A stretch of 64,000 nt of DNA from Anaeromyxobacteraceae bacterium (GCA_032654565.1 JAULAX010000015.1:64001-128000), one strand, 5' to 3'; positions 51,764 to 60,363 are shown, numbered from the stretch's first letter. Made by a program: numbers and translations. The notes: generated from the letters alone by a model not told the origin.

Positions 51764-54568
51764 TCAGCGGAAAATCTTGCCGATCCCCCCGGCCTTGAGC
51801 TCGCCCATCTCCTTGGCCAGCCGCCCCAGCCGGTCGGTCTTGTCGGTGACCTCGCGGCTGAGCCGGGCGATCCGCTGGTCGCGGTCTGCCAGCGCCGCCG
51901 CCAGCTGCTCCTTCTCGGCCACCACCCGGGCCAGGGCCTCGGGGTCACCGCCGGCGGCGCCCGGCGAGGCCACGGCGTGGGCGGCCAGCTCGGCCTGCAC
52001 CCGCACCAGCTCCGCCCGCAGCCCCTCCACCTCCAGCTCCCGCGCCTCCTGGCCGCCGCCCACCCGGGCCAGCTCGGCCCGGAGCGGCTCCAGCTCGGCG
52101 CGCACCGCCGCCAGCTCGCCCCGCAGCCGCGCCACCTCGGCCAGCGCCGCGGCGTCGCCCCCCTCGGCGGGCGGCCGCTCCAGCTGCTGCAGCGAGGCCA
52201 GCCGCTGCTCCACCTCCTCCTTCTCCCAGCGGACCGCCTGCAGCTCGGCGTCGAGGGCCGCGGCCTGCCCCTCGGCGGTCTCGGCCGCCTGCCGCGCCTC
52301 CGCGAGGGCCCGCTCGGCGCTCGCCGCCGCCCCCCGCGCCGCCTCCAGCTCCTCCGGCGAGACCCCGGCGGGCGCCGCCGGCCGGGCCGCCTCCTCCAGC
52401 GCCGCCTCCAGCGCCGCCTCGGCCTGGCGGGTCCTGGCCTGGGCCTCGCTGGCCCGCTCCTTCTGCAGCCGGGCCTCGGCCTCGGCCGACGCCCGCTGCG
52501 CCTCCAGCTCGCGGAGCCGGTCGGCGGCGCCGTGGATGATGGCGCGGGCCTCGTCGAGCTGGGCCACCAGCTGCTCCCGCTCCCGGTCGGCCTGCTGCTG
52601 CGCCTCGTCGAGCTGCGTCGCCAGGCCGTCGCGCTCGCCGGCCAGGTTGGTGCGCTCCTCGCCGAGCCGCGCCGCCTGCTCGGCGAGCTGGGCCACCTCG
52701 CCGGCCAGCCGCTCCGCCTCGGCAGCCTGCTCGACCCGCCGGGCCTCCAGCTCGGGCGACGGGGTGGCCACCGGGACCGGCGGCGGCGCGCTCCGCAGCG
52801 CCTCCAGCTCGCCGCGGGCCTCCTCCAGCGCCTCGCCGGTGGACCGCAGCTCCACCCGCAGCTCGGCCAGCACCGCCGTGGCCCGGGACGCCTCGCCGCG
52901 CGCCTCGTCGATCTCGCGCAGCGCCACCTCGGCCTCGCCGCGCGCCGTCACCGCCTCCTCGCGCAGCCGGTCGAGCTCAGCGCGCGCCACCCCCAGGCCG
53001 GCCTCGACCTCCTCGACCCGGGCCCGGAGCGCGGCCTCCTGGCCGGCGGCGCCGGCCGCCTGGGCCCGCCCCGCCTCCAGCTCGGCGCGCAGCGCGCTCA
53101 GCTCGCTGACCCGCTGGTCGAGCCCCTCCTCCAGCTCCTGCACCCGCGCCTCGGCGGCGTCGGCCCGGGCCAGCGAGACCTCGAGCACGCTGCGGGCCGC
53201 CTGGGCCTCGGCCCGCGCCGCCCGCAGCCCGGCCTCGGTCTCGACGCCGGAGCTGGACCGCTCGGCCAGCTCGGTCACCGCCCGGGTCCGGTCCTCGCCG
53301 AGCCGCGTCGCCTCCAGCTCGGCCTCGGCCAGCCGCTGCCGGAGCGCCTCCTGCTGCTCCCGCAGCTCCTCGAGCTCCCGCTGGCGCAGCGCCTGCTGCC
53401 CGCGCAGCTCGTCGAGCTCACGCTGGCGCGGCTCCTGCTGTCCGCGCAGCTCGTTCAGCTCCCGCTCGCGCAGCCCCAGCAGCGCCCCCAGCCGCTCGGC
53501 GTCCGCCTTGGCCGCCGCGCCCGCCTCCCGCTCGGCGTCGCAGAGCGCCTCGACGCTGCGCAGCTTCTCCAGCGCCTGGTCGCCGTCCCGGCTCCCCTGC
53601 TCCAGCCTGGCCAGGGCGGCGTGGGCCTCGGCCTCGCCGGCCATGGCCGCCTCGCGGTCCTGCAGCAGCCCCTCCCGCTCCTCGGCGGCCGCCTGCCGCT
53701 CCAGCCGCAGGGTGTCGCGCTCGGCCGCCAGCGCCGCCCGCTCCTCCTGCAGCCGGGCCAGCTCGGCCGCGGCCGCCTCGCCCGCCGCCCCCAGCTCGAC
53801 CACCCGGGCCTCGAGCGCCGCCACCGCGCCGCCGGCCTGGGCCGCGCCGGCCACCGCCGCCTGGCGCGAGGCCGCGGCGTCGTCGAGCAGCTGCCGCGAC
53901 GGCAGCGCCACCATGGTGATGCCGCTGAGCCCGGTCGGCCCCTCGCCGCAGAGCACCAGGTAGGCGGCGGCGTCGGCGTCGCCGGCCTGCGAGCCGTCGA
54001 TGCTGACCTCGGCCTCCTCGCCCTCCGGCGGCGGCACCGCGATGATGTAGCCGACCGAGGCCGACTGGGTGGCCACCTCCACCCAGGGGAAGTGCTCGGT
54101 CATGGCGGCGATGAAGGTCTCGTAGGCCGGGCTCTGCACCGGGGTGGCGTCGCCGGCCAGCTCGGCCAGGGAGCGCCCCCCGGCGGCGGGGATGGCGGTG
54201 ACCAGGTGCCCCTTCTCGGCCAGCAGCCGGCGCAGCGCGGTGAGGCCGGCCGGGTCGTCGGCCAGCGAGGCGCCGTCGGCCAGGAGGATGAGGTCGAAGG
54301 CCCCGGCCGGGAGTGAGGCCAGCGGGGCGTCGTCGAAGCGGACGAAGGGGTGGTGGCCGGCGGCGCGGGCCGTCTGGAGCGCCTCGTCCCCCTCGACCAG
54401 CGACAGCACCGCGGCGGCGCCGCGCTCGGCCAGCAGGAGCGCGCTGGCCCCCCCGGTGGCGGCGGCCGCCCCCAGCTCGAGGACCCGTCGCCCCGTCAGC
54501 AGGGGCTCGATGAAGCTGTAGCGGGCGAGGATCTCACCGGCGCCGTGGCGCGCAAAGAAGGAGGCCAT
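51764..54568 (-). CDS. Protein with a degenerate N-terminal methyltransferase-like domain and a long coiled coil
   Basis: ARYSF...GRRVLELGA...GAFDLIL...RRLLAEKGHLV, followed by an E/A/R/L-rich heptad region. Confidence 0.75.
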   Translation of the reverse strand: MASFFARHGAGEILARYSFIEPLLTGRRVLELGAAAATGGASALLLAERGAAAVLSLVEGDEALQTARAAGHHPFVRFDDAPLASLPAGAFDLILLADGASLADDPAGLTALRRLLAEKGHLVTAIPAAGGRSLAELAGDATPVQSPAYETFIAAMTEHFPWVEVATQSASVGYIIAVPPPEGEEAEVSIDGSQAGDADAAAYLVLCGEGPTGLSGITMVALPSRQLLDDAAASRQAAVAGAAQAGGAVAALEARVVELGAAGEAAAAELARLQEERAALAAERDTLRLERQAAAEEREGLLQDREAAMAGEAEAHAALARLEQGSRDGDQALEKLRSVEALCDAEREAGAAAKADAERLGALLGLRERELNELRGQQEPRQRELDELRGQQALRQRELEELREQQEALRQRLAEAELEATRLGEDRTRAVTELAERSSSGVETEAGLRAARAEAQAARSVLEVSLARADAAEARVQELEEGLDQRVSELSALRAELEAGRAQAAGAAGQEAALRARVEEVEAGLGVARAELDRLREEAVTARGEAEVALREIDEARGEASRATAVLAELRVELRSTGEALEEARGELEALRSAPPPVPVATPSPELEARRVEQAAEAERLAGEVAQLAEQAARLGEERTNLAGERDGLATQLDEAQQQADREREQLVAQLDEARAIIHGAADRLRELEAQRASAEAEARLQKERASEAQARTRQAEAALEAALEEAARPAAPAGVSPEELEAARGAAASAERALAEARQAAETAEGQAAALDAELQAVRWEKEEVEQRLASLQQLERPPAEGGDAAALAEVARLRGELAAVRAELEPLRAELARVGGGQEARELEVEGLRAELVRVQAELAAHAVASPGAAGGDPEALARVVAEKEQLAAALADRDQRIARLSREVTDKTDRLGRLAKEMGELKAGGIGKIFR

Positions 54569-54621
54569 GTTGCCGGGATGCTACCCCGGCGCGGCGGGCC
54601 TGTCGCAGAAGTGGCCGGCCC

Positions 54622-56604
54622 TCATGGACGCGTCAGCTGTCCGCTGACGACGGCGGCGGTCGGGTCGACGGTGCAGTCGACCCCCGCGGGCGTCACGCCG
54701 ACCGGCGACGGGGCGGTGGAGGTGCACCCGGCCGTGAAGCCGGTGAAGGTGTTGCCGGGGAAGGCGGTGGCCCGCAGGAGCAGGGTGTTCCCGGCCGGGG
54801 TCTGGCACCAGCAGGGCGCGTAGATGGTGGTCGGGAAGGTGCAGCTCCCGAAGCCGGTGTTGTCACAGGTCCCGCCGCCCGAGACCACGGTCACCTCGCC
54901 GCCGGTGCCGGCCGGCATCGGCCCGGTCAGGCTCACCAGCTGGGTCAGCGCCGGGGTGGCCGTGAAGGTCACGGTGGCGGTGGTGTCGGCGCTGACGGTG
55001 ATCGGGCAGGGGGAGCTGGTGCAGTCGGGGGCCGCCGGGGCGAAGGTCAGCGAGGTGAAGCCGTAGCCGGCGTCGGGCGTGACGGTGAGCGTGACCACGG
55101 TGCCGGGCGCGACGTCGGCGGTGCAGGTGCCCTCGACCCGGTAGCCGAGCGGAACGCAGTCGATGCCCCCCAGGTCGCTGGTGACCGCACCGGCCCGCGT
55201 GCCGGCCGGGCCGCCGTCGACCGTGAGCCGGACCGTGGGCAGGAGCTCGAACCCCATGCGGACGGTGGTGTCGGCGTCGAGCGTGACGGCGCAGGTGGCG
55301 CCGGCACACGCGGTGGCCGGCGCGGGCGTGACCGACCAGCTCGCCCGCGTGCTCCCGGCCTCCGGCGTGGCGGTGAGCGTCACCACCGTGCCCTGCGGGA
55401 GGTTGGCGGCGCAGGTGCCGGTGCCGACCGTGGCGCCGGTCAGCAGGCAGGCGATGGCGCCGGCGCTGGCGGTCACGGTGCCGCGGCCGGCGGTGAGGGT
55501 GGTGGCACCCTCGACCGTGAGCAGCCGGGTCGGGATCGACGTCGGGGCGAAGGTGGGGGTGGCGGTCCAGGCCTCGCCGGGCAGGGGGGTGAAGGTGCAG
55601 CTGGGTCCGGTGCAGTGGAACCCCGTGAGCGGCATCGACTCGAACTTCCGCAGCTCGAACCCGGCCGCCGGGTGCGCGGTGAGCGTCACCGGGAGGTACG
55701 ACGGCAGGTCGGCGGTGCAGCTCCCGGTCCCGGCGCCCGGCCCCAGGAACGCGCAGTCGATTCCGGGCGGCTCGCTGGTCACCTTCCCGTCGCCGCCGCC
55801 GCCGAGGACGGTGAGCGGCGAGAGGTCGGGCGTGTCGAGCACCACCTTCGCCGAGACCTGCGTGGTGCCGACCGGCGCCGTGAACGTGCAGGTCGGCGAG
55901 GCCCCGGTGCACGGTCCGCTCCACTCGAGGTGGGCCGGTACCGATATCGCGGTTCCAGTTCGGGTCACCTTGAAGATCGTCTTGAGGGTCACCGGGGTGG
56001 CCCTGGTCCAGCTGGCGAGGCAGTCGGACCACGACTTGCTGAGCGGACGGAGGAGGCTGTCGGAGGGGACGTAGACGAATTGGAAGGGTTCACACCAGAG
56101 ATCGCCGGTGTCGTCGACGTAGACCGCGACGCTCACGTCGTAGGGTCCGGCGACTTTGTCGACTGCCACTTCCACGCGCGCCTCGCCCTCGAACCTGACC
56201 GTCACCATGCTGGGGCTTCCCCCGTGCGAGCCGTCCTCGTTCAGTGCACAGCTGGTCTCGGACGTTCCGGGCTGGCACACCAACACGCGGTAGAGCCACT
56301 CACCGAAGGTGGACCCGGTCGCCGGGACCGCCTCCAGGAGCTTGCCCTGGAGCGAGCGGTAGTCCGTCAGCCTGCAGGTCCCGGTCACCGTGGCTCCGGT
56401 CTTGACGCAGTCCCCCTGGAAGGTCCGGACGGTCCCGTCGCCTCCACCCGTGAAGTGGATGTCGATGGTGTACTCGTCCGCCCTGGGGCATCCCGCCGCG
56501 ACGACCGCCAGCGCGAGCCACGCGACGACCGGGACCAGTGGCCGCCTCGTGCACGGCACCACCTCGACCGGCGGGGAAACGGCAGAACGCGACCCGAGTC
56601 CCAT
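54622..56604 (-). CDS. Cys/Thr/Gly-rich surface lipoprotein with InlB B-repeat-like domains (start uncertain)
   Basis: Lipobox AAGC; repeated GxGxVTS..GIDC...C....GTVVTLTATP..G..F..W units. Confidence 0.7.
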   Translation of the reverse strand: MGLGSRSAVSPPVEVVPCTRRPLVPVVAWLALAVVAAGCPRADEYTIDIHFTGGGDGTVRTFQGDCVKTGATVTGTCRLTDYRSLQGKLLEAVPATGSTFGEWLYRVLVCQPGTSETSCALNEDGSHGGSPSMVTVRFEGEARVEVAVDKVAGPYDVSVAVYVDDTGDLWCEPFQFVYVPSDSLLRPLSKSWSDCLASWTRATPVTLKTIFKVTRTGTAISVPAHLEWSGPCTGASPTCTFTAPVGTTQVSAKVVLDTPDLSPLTVLGGGGDGKVTSEPPGIDCAFLGPGAGTGSCTADLPSYLPVTLTAHPAAGFELRKFESMPLTGFHCTGPSCTFTPLPGEAWTATPTFAPTSIPTRLLTVEGATTLTAGRGTVTASAGAIACLLTGATVGTGTCAANLPQGTVVTLTATPEAGSTRASWSVTPAPATACAGATCAVTLDADTTVRMGFELLPTVRLTVDGGPAGTRAGAVTSDLGGIDCVPLGYRVEGTCTADVAPGTVVTLTVTPDAGYGFTSLTFAPAAPDCTSSPCPITVSADTTATVTFTATPALTQLVSLTGPMPAGTGGEVTVVSGGGTCDNTGFGSCTFPTTIYAPCWCQTPAGNTLLLRATAFPGNTFTGFTAGCTSTAPSPVGVTPAGVDCTVDPTAAVVSGQLTRP

Positions 56605-56927
56605 GGCGCCCCCTCTCTGGGTGAGACGAATAGTGAATACGCTACGCGCCTCGAGAGACCATCACAAGCCATGTCCCGGTGACACGACCCCCGGCTCCGA
56701 CGCGACGCGGCGAGGAGTCCGGCCCGAGCTCGACCGACCGCGGCGGCCGGTAGGAGATCGGCCGCCCGAGGTCCTCGTTGACCGTGATCGGCAGGCCCTC
56801 CTTCGACCCTGGCCTGGCGAGGACGGGACGGTCGGCCAGCGCCCTGGCTGCTCACCACGCCGAGGTCGTCCGCGAGGCGGCCACATCGCCGTGACCGCTG
56901 GGGATTCCAGGAATCGCTCCCGCCCCG

Positions 56928-56970
56928 GTCAGATCCGCCCGGCGGTCTTGTCTGCAGTTCAGAAGGCGCG
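56928..56970 (+). promoter_or_regulatory. Putative ECF promoter, copy 1
   Basis: GTCAGAT-N14-TGTCT-N8-GAAGGCGCG. Confidence 0.6.
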
Positions 56971-57013
56971 ACCGACCAGCCACGAGCGCCCCGACCTCGA
57001 AAGGGAGAACGCC

Positions 57014-57187
57014 ATGACCACCTCCACCCGCACCGCCCCGACCTTCACCGTCCGCGCCGGCACCTCCAACGCCCGCGCCCTCTTCATCGCCGCCCTCTGC
57101 GCCTTCATCGTCACCTCCTTCCTCGTCGACGTGCAGCGCGGCGCCTCCTCCGCCTCCCCCGCCGCCGCCGCCGAACTGCGCACCTAG
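57014..57187 (+). CDS. 57-aa single-TM small protein, paralog 1
   Basis: SD GGGAG; MTTSTRTAPTFTVRAGTSNARALFIAALCAFIVTSFLVDVQRGASSASPAAAAELRT; mostly C/G at codon position 3. Confidence 0.8.
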   Translation: MTTSTRTAPTFTVRAGTSNARALFIAALCAFIVTSFLVDVQRGASSASPAAAAELRT

Positions 57188-57256
57188 GGCCCCGGGCCGG
57201 GGCCCGCCGGGCCCGCCCGGTGGCCGGCGGGCCGGCGAGCCGCTACCATCGGCGCC

Positions 57257-57826
57257 ATGGAGCTCGAGCAGCTCATCCGCGAGCGGCAGGCGGCCGGCGA
57301 CGACGCCGGCGCCGCCACCGCGGTGATCGAGGCGCTCGGCCCCGGCATCCTGCGCTACCTGCGCTCCCTGCTGCGGGTCGAGGACGACGCCGCCGACGCC
57401 TTCTCGCAGTGGTCGGAGAACGTCTGGACCGGCCTGCCGTCGTTCCGCGGCGACGCCTCGCTGAAGACCTGGAGCTACCGGCTGGCCTGGAACGCCGCCC
57501 AGAACCTGTGCAACGAGGCCTGGCGCCGCCGCGGCCAGCGGCTGGCCACCGGGCAGGCTTCGGCCCTGGCCCTGTCGATCCGGACCAGGTCGGTGGTGGT
57601 GGTGGAGCGGCAGCGCCAGGCGCTGGAGCAGCTGCGCGAGGCGCTCTCCGACGAGGACCGGTCGCTGCTGATCCTGCGCATCGACCAGCAGCTGGCCTGG
57701 AGCGAGGTGGCCGAGGTGCTGGCGGCCGACGGCCAGCGGATCGAGCCGGCCACGCTGATGAAGCGGTTCGAGCGGATCAAGGCCCGGCTCGGCGAGCTGG
57801 CCCGGGCCCGCGGCCTGCTGGGCTGA
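57257..57826 (+). CDS. ECF-type sigma-70 factor
   Basis: Region 2 DAADAFS...FRGDASLKTWSYRLAWN; region 4 LSDEDRSLLILR...WSEVAEVL...KRFERIK. Confidence 0.88.
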   Translation: MELEQLIRERQAAGDDAGAATAVIEALGPGILRYLRSLLRVEDDAADAFSQWSENVWTGLPSFRGDASLKTWSYRLAWNAAQNLCNEAWRRRGQRLATGQASALALSIRTRSVVVVERQRQALEQLREALSDEDRSLLILRIDQQLAWSEVAEVLAADGQRIEPATLMKRFERIKARLGELARARGLLG

Positions 57827-57962
57827 CGGCGTCACCTGCCCGGGCCGGCGGCGCCACGCGGTCGGGCCAACCCGGGGAGGTTCGAAGCGGCGTGGCCGGC
57901 CGGTTCAGGTCCACGAGCTTCCAGGGGATCTCCGGAGCTTCCGGGGGGACCCGCCTGGCGGC

Positions 57963-58005
57963 GTCAGATCGCGGCCGGCCTCCTGTCCATGGGTCGGAAG
58001 GCGCG
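57963..58005 (+). promoter_or_regulatory. Putative ECF promoter, copy 2
   Basis: GTCAGAT-N14-TGTCC-N8-GAAGGCGCG; spacer sequences diverged, spacer lengths identical. Confidence 0.6.
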
Positions 58006-58046
58006 TCGACCACCCGGCGCGCACACGACCAGGAGAGGGAACCACC

Positions 58047-58217
58047 ATGACCGCCCCATCCCGCCCCGCCCCGATGTTCACCATCCGCTCCGCCACCTCC
58101 GCCGCCCACGCCATCTTCCTCGCCGCCCTCTGCGCCTTCCTGCTCACCGCCTTCCTGGTCGACGTGCAGCGCGGCGCCTCCCGCCCCGACACGCCGGTGG
58201 CCGCGCAGCGGTCCTAG
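58047..58217 (+). CDS. 56-aa single-TM small protein, paralog 2
   Basis: SD AGGAG/GAGGGA; MTAPSRPAPMFTIRSATSAAHAIFLAALCAFLLTAFLVDVQRGASRPDTPVAAQRS; conservative substitutions relative to paralog 1. Confidence 0.8.
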   Translation: MTAPSRPAPMFTIRSATSAAHAIFLAALCAFLLTAFLVDVQRGASRPDTPVAAQRS

Positions 58218-58352
58218 GACCTTGCACCATCAGTCATCGGGCGACCGCGTCGAGCAGCGCGCCCTCCGGCCCCCACGGCGCCGCGCCGGGCCGCGGTGAA
58301 ATCGGCCACGTCCGCGTGACTGCTGGGGATTCCAGGAATCCTTCGCGCCCCT

Positions 58353-58395
58353 GTCAGATTCGCCCGGCGGTCTTGTCTGCAGTTCAGAAGGCGCG
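58353..58395 (+). promoter_or_regulatory. Putative ECF promoter, copy 3
   Basis: GTCAGAT-N14-TGTCT-N8-GAAGGCGCG. Confidence 0.6.
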
Positions 58396-58437
58396 AAGGA
58401 ACACCCGAAGCGCCCCGACCTCGAAAGGGAGAACGCC

Positions 58438-58608
58438 ATGACCACCTCCACCCGCACCACCCCGACCTTCACCGTCCGCGCCGGCACCTCCAACGCCCGC
58501 GCCCTCTTCATCGCCGCCCTCTGCGCCTTCATCGTCACCTCCTTCCTCGTCGACGTGCAGCGCGGCGCCTCCCGCCCCGACGCGCCGGCCGCCGAGCTCC
58601 GCACCTAG
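58438..58608 (+). CDS. 56-aa single-TM small protein, paralog 3
   Basis: MTTSTRTTPTFTVRAGTSNARALFIAALCAFIVTSFLVDVQRGASRPDAPAAELRT. Confidence 0.8.
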   Translation: MTTSTRTTPTFTVRAGTSNARALFIAALCAFIVTSFLVDVQRGASRPDAPAAELRT

Positions 58609-58807
58609 CTGCCGGGTTCCTGGGACCCGGCGCCCTGGGGTGGGTGCCGAGGTCCCGGACGACGCGGGTCGGCCGCCTCGATCGCCTCGGGGCGGCCTTC
58701 CCGCGGGTGGCTTCGCCGGCGGGACCGCCGGTGGGCTGCGACGCCGGCGAGGATCGCCGCCAGCGGCTCGACAGCACCTCCGCCTGTCGGCGACACTCCT
58801 CCCCGCC

Positions 58808-59395
58808 ATGGCTCCACCGACCTCGCCGACCGTCCGCGCGGCCCACCTGCTCGAGGACCTCCGGTCGCTGACCGTCCTCGGCCCCGCCGACGCGGCCAGC
58901 GTGCTGGCCCTGCTTCCCCCGGCCTCGCTCCGGGCCATCGAGGGGGCGGTGCCGACCGCCCGACTGCCGCTGGCCCTCAACCTGGAGATGGCCGAGGCGG
59001 TCCACCGGGTGGCCGGTGAGGACGGCTGCCGGCGCTGGGGCACCGCCTCGCTGCTGGCCTCGCTCGACGGCTTCTTCAAGCCGCTCTTCCTCGGCATCAC
59101 CAGGCTGGTGGCCCCCTCGCCGGCGCTGATGTTCAAGACCCTGCCGCAGGGCTGGTCCACCGCCTACCAGGGCTGCGGCCAGATCACCGTGGCGCAGCCG
59201 GCCCCCGGCCAGACCCGCCTCGCCTGCGTGGGGATCGCCCCGGCCATGCTGACGCCGGCCTTCCTCCACGCCGTCAGCGGCACGCTGGCCGCCGCCTTCG
59301 AGGTCTCGCCCTACACCGGCACCGTCACGCTGGAGCCCTGGGGCCCCGGGGCCGACCAGGTGAGCTGGCTGGTGACCTGGAAGAAGGCGGGGTAG
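58808..59395 (+). CDS. Hypothetical protein, possibly myxobacterial DUF2378/V4R-like fold
   Basis: GC-biased codon use; P..W...YQGCG.I.V pattern and terminal VSWLVTW resemble such proteins (recall only). Confidence 0.55.
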   Translation: MAPPTSPTVRAAHLLEDLRSLTVLGPADAASVLALLPPASLRAIEGAVPTARLPLALNLEMAEAVHRVAGEDGCRRWGTASLLASLDGFFKPLFLGITRLVAPSPALMFKTLPQGWSTAYQGCGQITVAQPAPGQTRLACVGIAPAMLTPAFLHAVSGTLAAAFEVSPYTGTVTLEPWGPGADQVSWLVTWKKAG

Positions 59396-59437
59396 GCGGG
59401 CCGGGGCCGCCGGGCGGTGCGGCGCCGGTGGGCCGCG

Positions 59438-59971
59438 CTACGCCGGCAGCTGCAGCAGCGCCACGTGGGGCAGGTTGCGCAGCCGCCCGTCGTGGTCGAG
59501 GCCGTAGCCGACCACGAACCGGTCCTCGATGGTGAAGCCCTTGTAGTCGACGGGCACGTGCACCTTGGCGCGCGCCGGCTTCTCCAGCAGCGCCGCCACC
59601 TTCAGGCTGCGCGGGTGGCGGGTGGCCAGGTTGTCGAGCAGGTAGCGGACGGTCAGGCCGGTGTCGACGATGTCCTCCACCAGCAGCACGTCCTCGCCCT
59701 GGATGGAGCGGGCCAGGTCGTGGGTGATGCGGACCACGCCGGTGGTCTCGGTGCCGGAGTAGGAGGAGACCCCGATGAAGTCCACCTCCAGCTCGGGCAG
59801 CGGGATGGCGCGGACCAGGTCGGCGAGGAACATGAAGCTCCCCTTGAGCACCCCGACGCAGATGAGCCGCCGGCCGGTGTGCTGGCGGGCGATCTCCTTG
59901 CCCAGCTCGGCGATGCGGGCCTGGATCTGCTCGGCGGAGATGAGGACCTCGGTGCGGTACGGGGCGGTCAT
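59438..59971 (-). CDS. hpt: Hypoxanthine phosphoribosyltransferase
   Basis: VLKGSFMFLADL, VLLVEDIVDTG, FVVGYGLD, RNLP. Confidence 0.95.
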   Translation of the reverse strand: MTAPYRTEVLISAEQIQARIAELGKEIARQHTGRRLICVGVLKGSFMFLADLVRAIPLPELEVDFIGVSSYSGTETTGVVRITHDLARSIQGEDVLLVEDIVDTGLTVRYLLDNLATRHPRSLKVAALLEKPARAKVHVPVDYKGFTIEDRFVVGYGLDHDGRLRNLPHVALLQLPA

Positions 59972-60111
59972 GGGGTGGGCATCCTACCGCCGAGTCGCCG
60001 GGCGTGGGCGAGCGGCGTGGTTCGATGATCTGGCGATTCCCGACGTCGGGAATCGCGAATGGGGGGGGGGCACAGAGGGGCGAGGCGACCGGCCGGCTGG
60101 CGTGGCCGGTG

Positions 60112-60133
60112 CATTCATACGGTGATATGAATG
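60112..60133. promoter_or_regulatory. Inverted repeat, likely vapBC autoregulatory operator
   Basis: CATTCATA-N6-TATGAATG directly at the antitoxin start. Confidence 0.6.
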
Positions 60134-60363
60134 AAGCCGTGAGCACCCGTCCCCTGCCCCGAACCCGCCGCGTCACCGCCAACCTCCCGGTCGACCTGCT
60201 GGATCGGGCCCGACGGGTCACCGGGAAGGGGATCACCGAGACCCTCGTCGAGGGGCTCGAGCTGGTCCGCCGCGCGGCCGCGGCGTCCAAGGCGCGGGCC
60301 CTCCGCGGCAAGCTCCGGATCGAGGTGGACCTCGAGGCCTCCCGTGAACGCCCTCGTCATTGA
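60127..60363 (+). CDS. VapB-like antitoxin, RHH-like (alternative GTG start 60139)
   Basis: RVTANLPVDLLDRARRVTG..ITETL...LRGKL; overlaps the PIN gene. Confidence 0.75.
   Translation: MNEAVSTRPLPRTRRVTANLPVDLLDRARRVTGKGITETLVEGLELVRRAAAASKARALRGKLRIEVDLEASRERPRH

Larger units (their letters stand above)
56879..57187 (+). repeat. About 310-bp direct repeat, copy 1 (leader plus small ORF); partner at 58304-58608, diverged copy at 57963-58217
   Basis: Near-identical leader and ORF by manual alignment. Confidence 0.9.
58304..58608 (+). repeat. About 305-bp direct repeat, partner of 56879-57187
   Basis: Near-identical leader and ORF. Confidence 0.9.

Noticed and set aside
48800..54316. 1838-aa plus-strand ORF (likewise 28940-33997, 7219-10392, 23721-26753, 44166-46925)
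   Set aside because: Stop-poor shadow frames typical of very high GC DNA, overlapping well-supported genes; no recognisable motifs.
56879..58608. Repeats interpreted as a CRISPR array or IS ends
   Set aside because: The units are about 300-bp promoter-plus-ORF duplications with no repeat-spacer periodicity, cas gene or transposase.
57014..58608. Small proteins as Flp/type IV pilins or RiPP precursors
   Set aside because: No prepilin G|xxxxE(Y) motif, and no modifying enzymes or dedicated transporter nearby.
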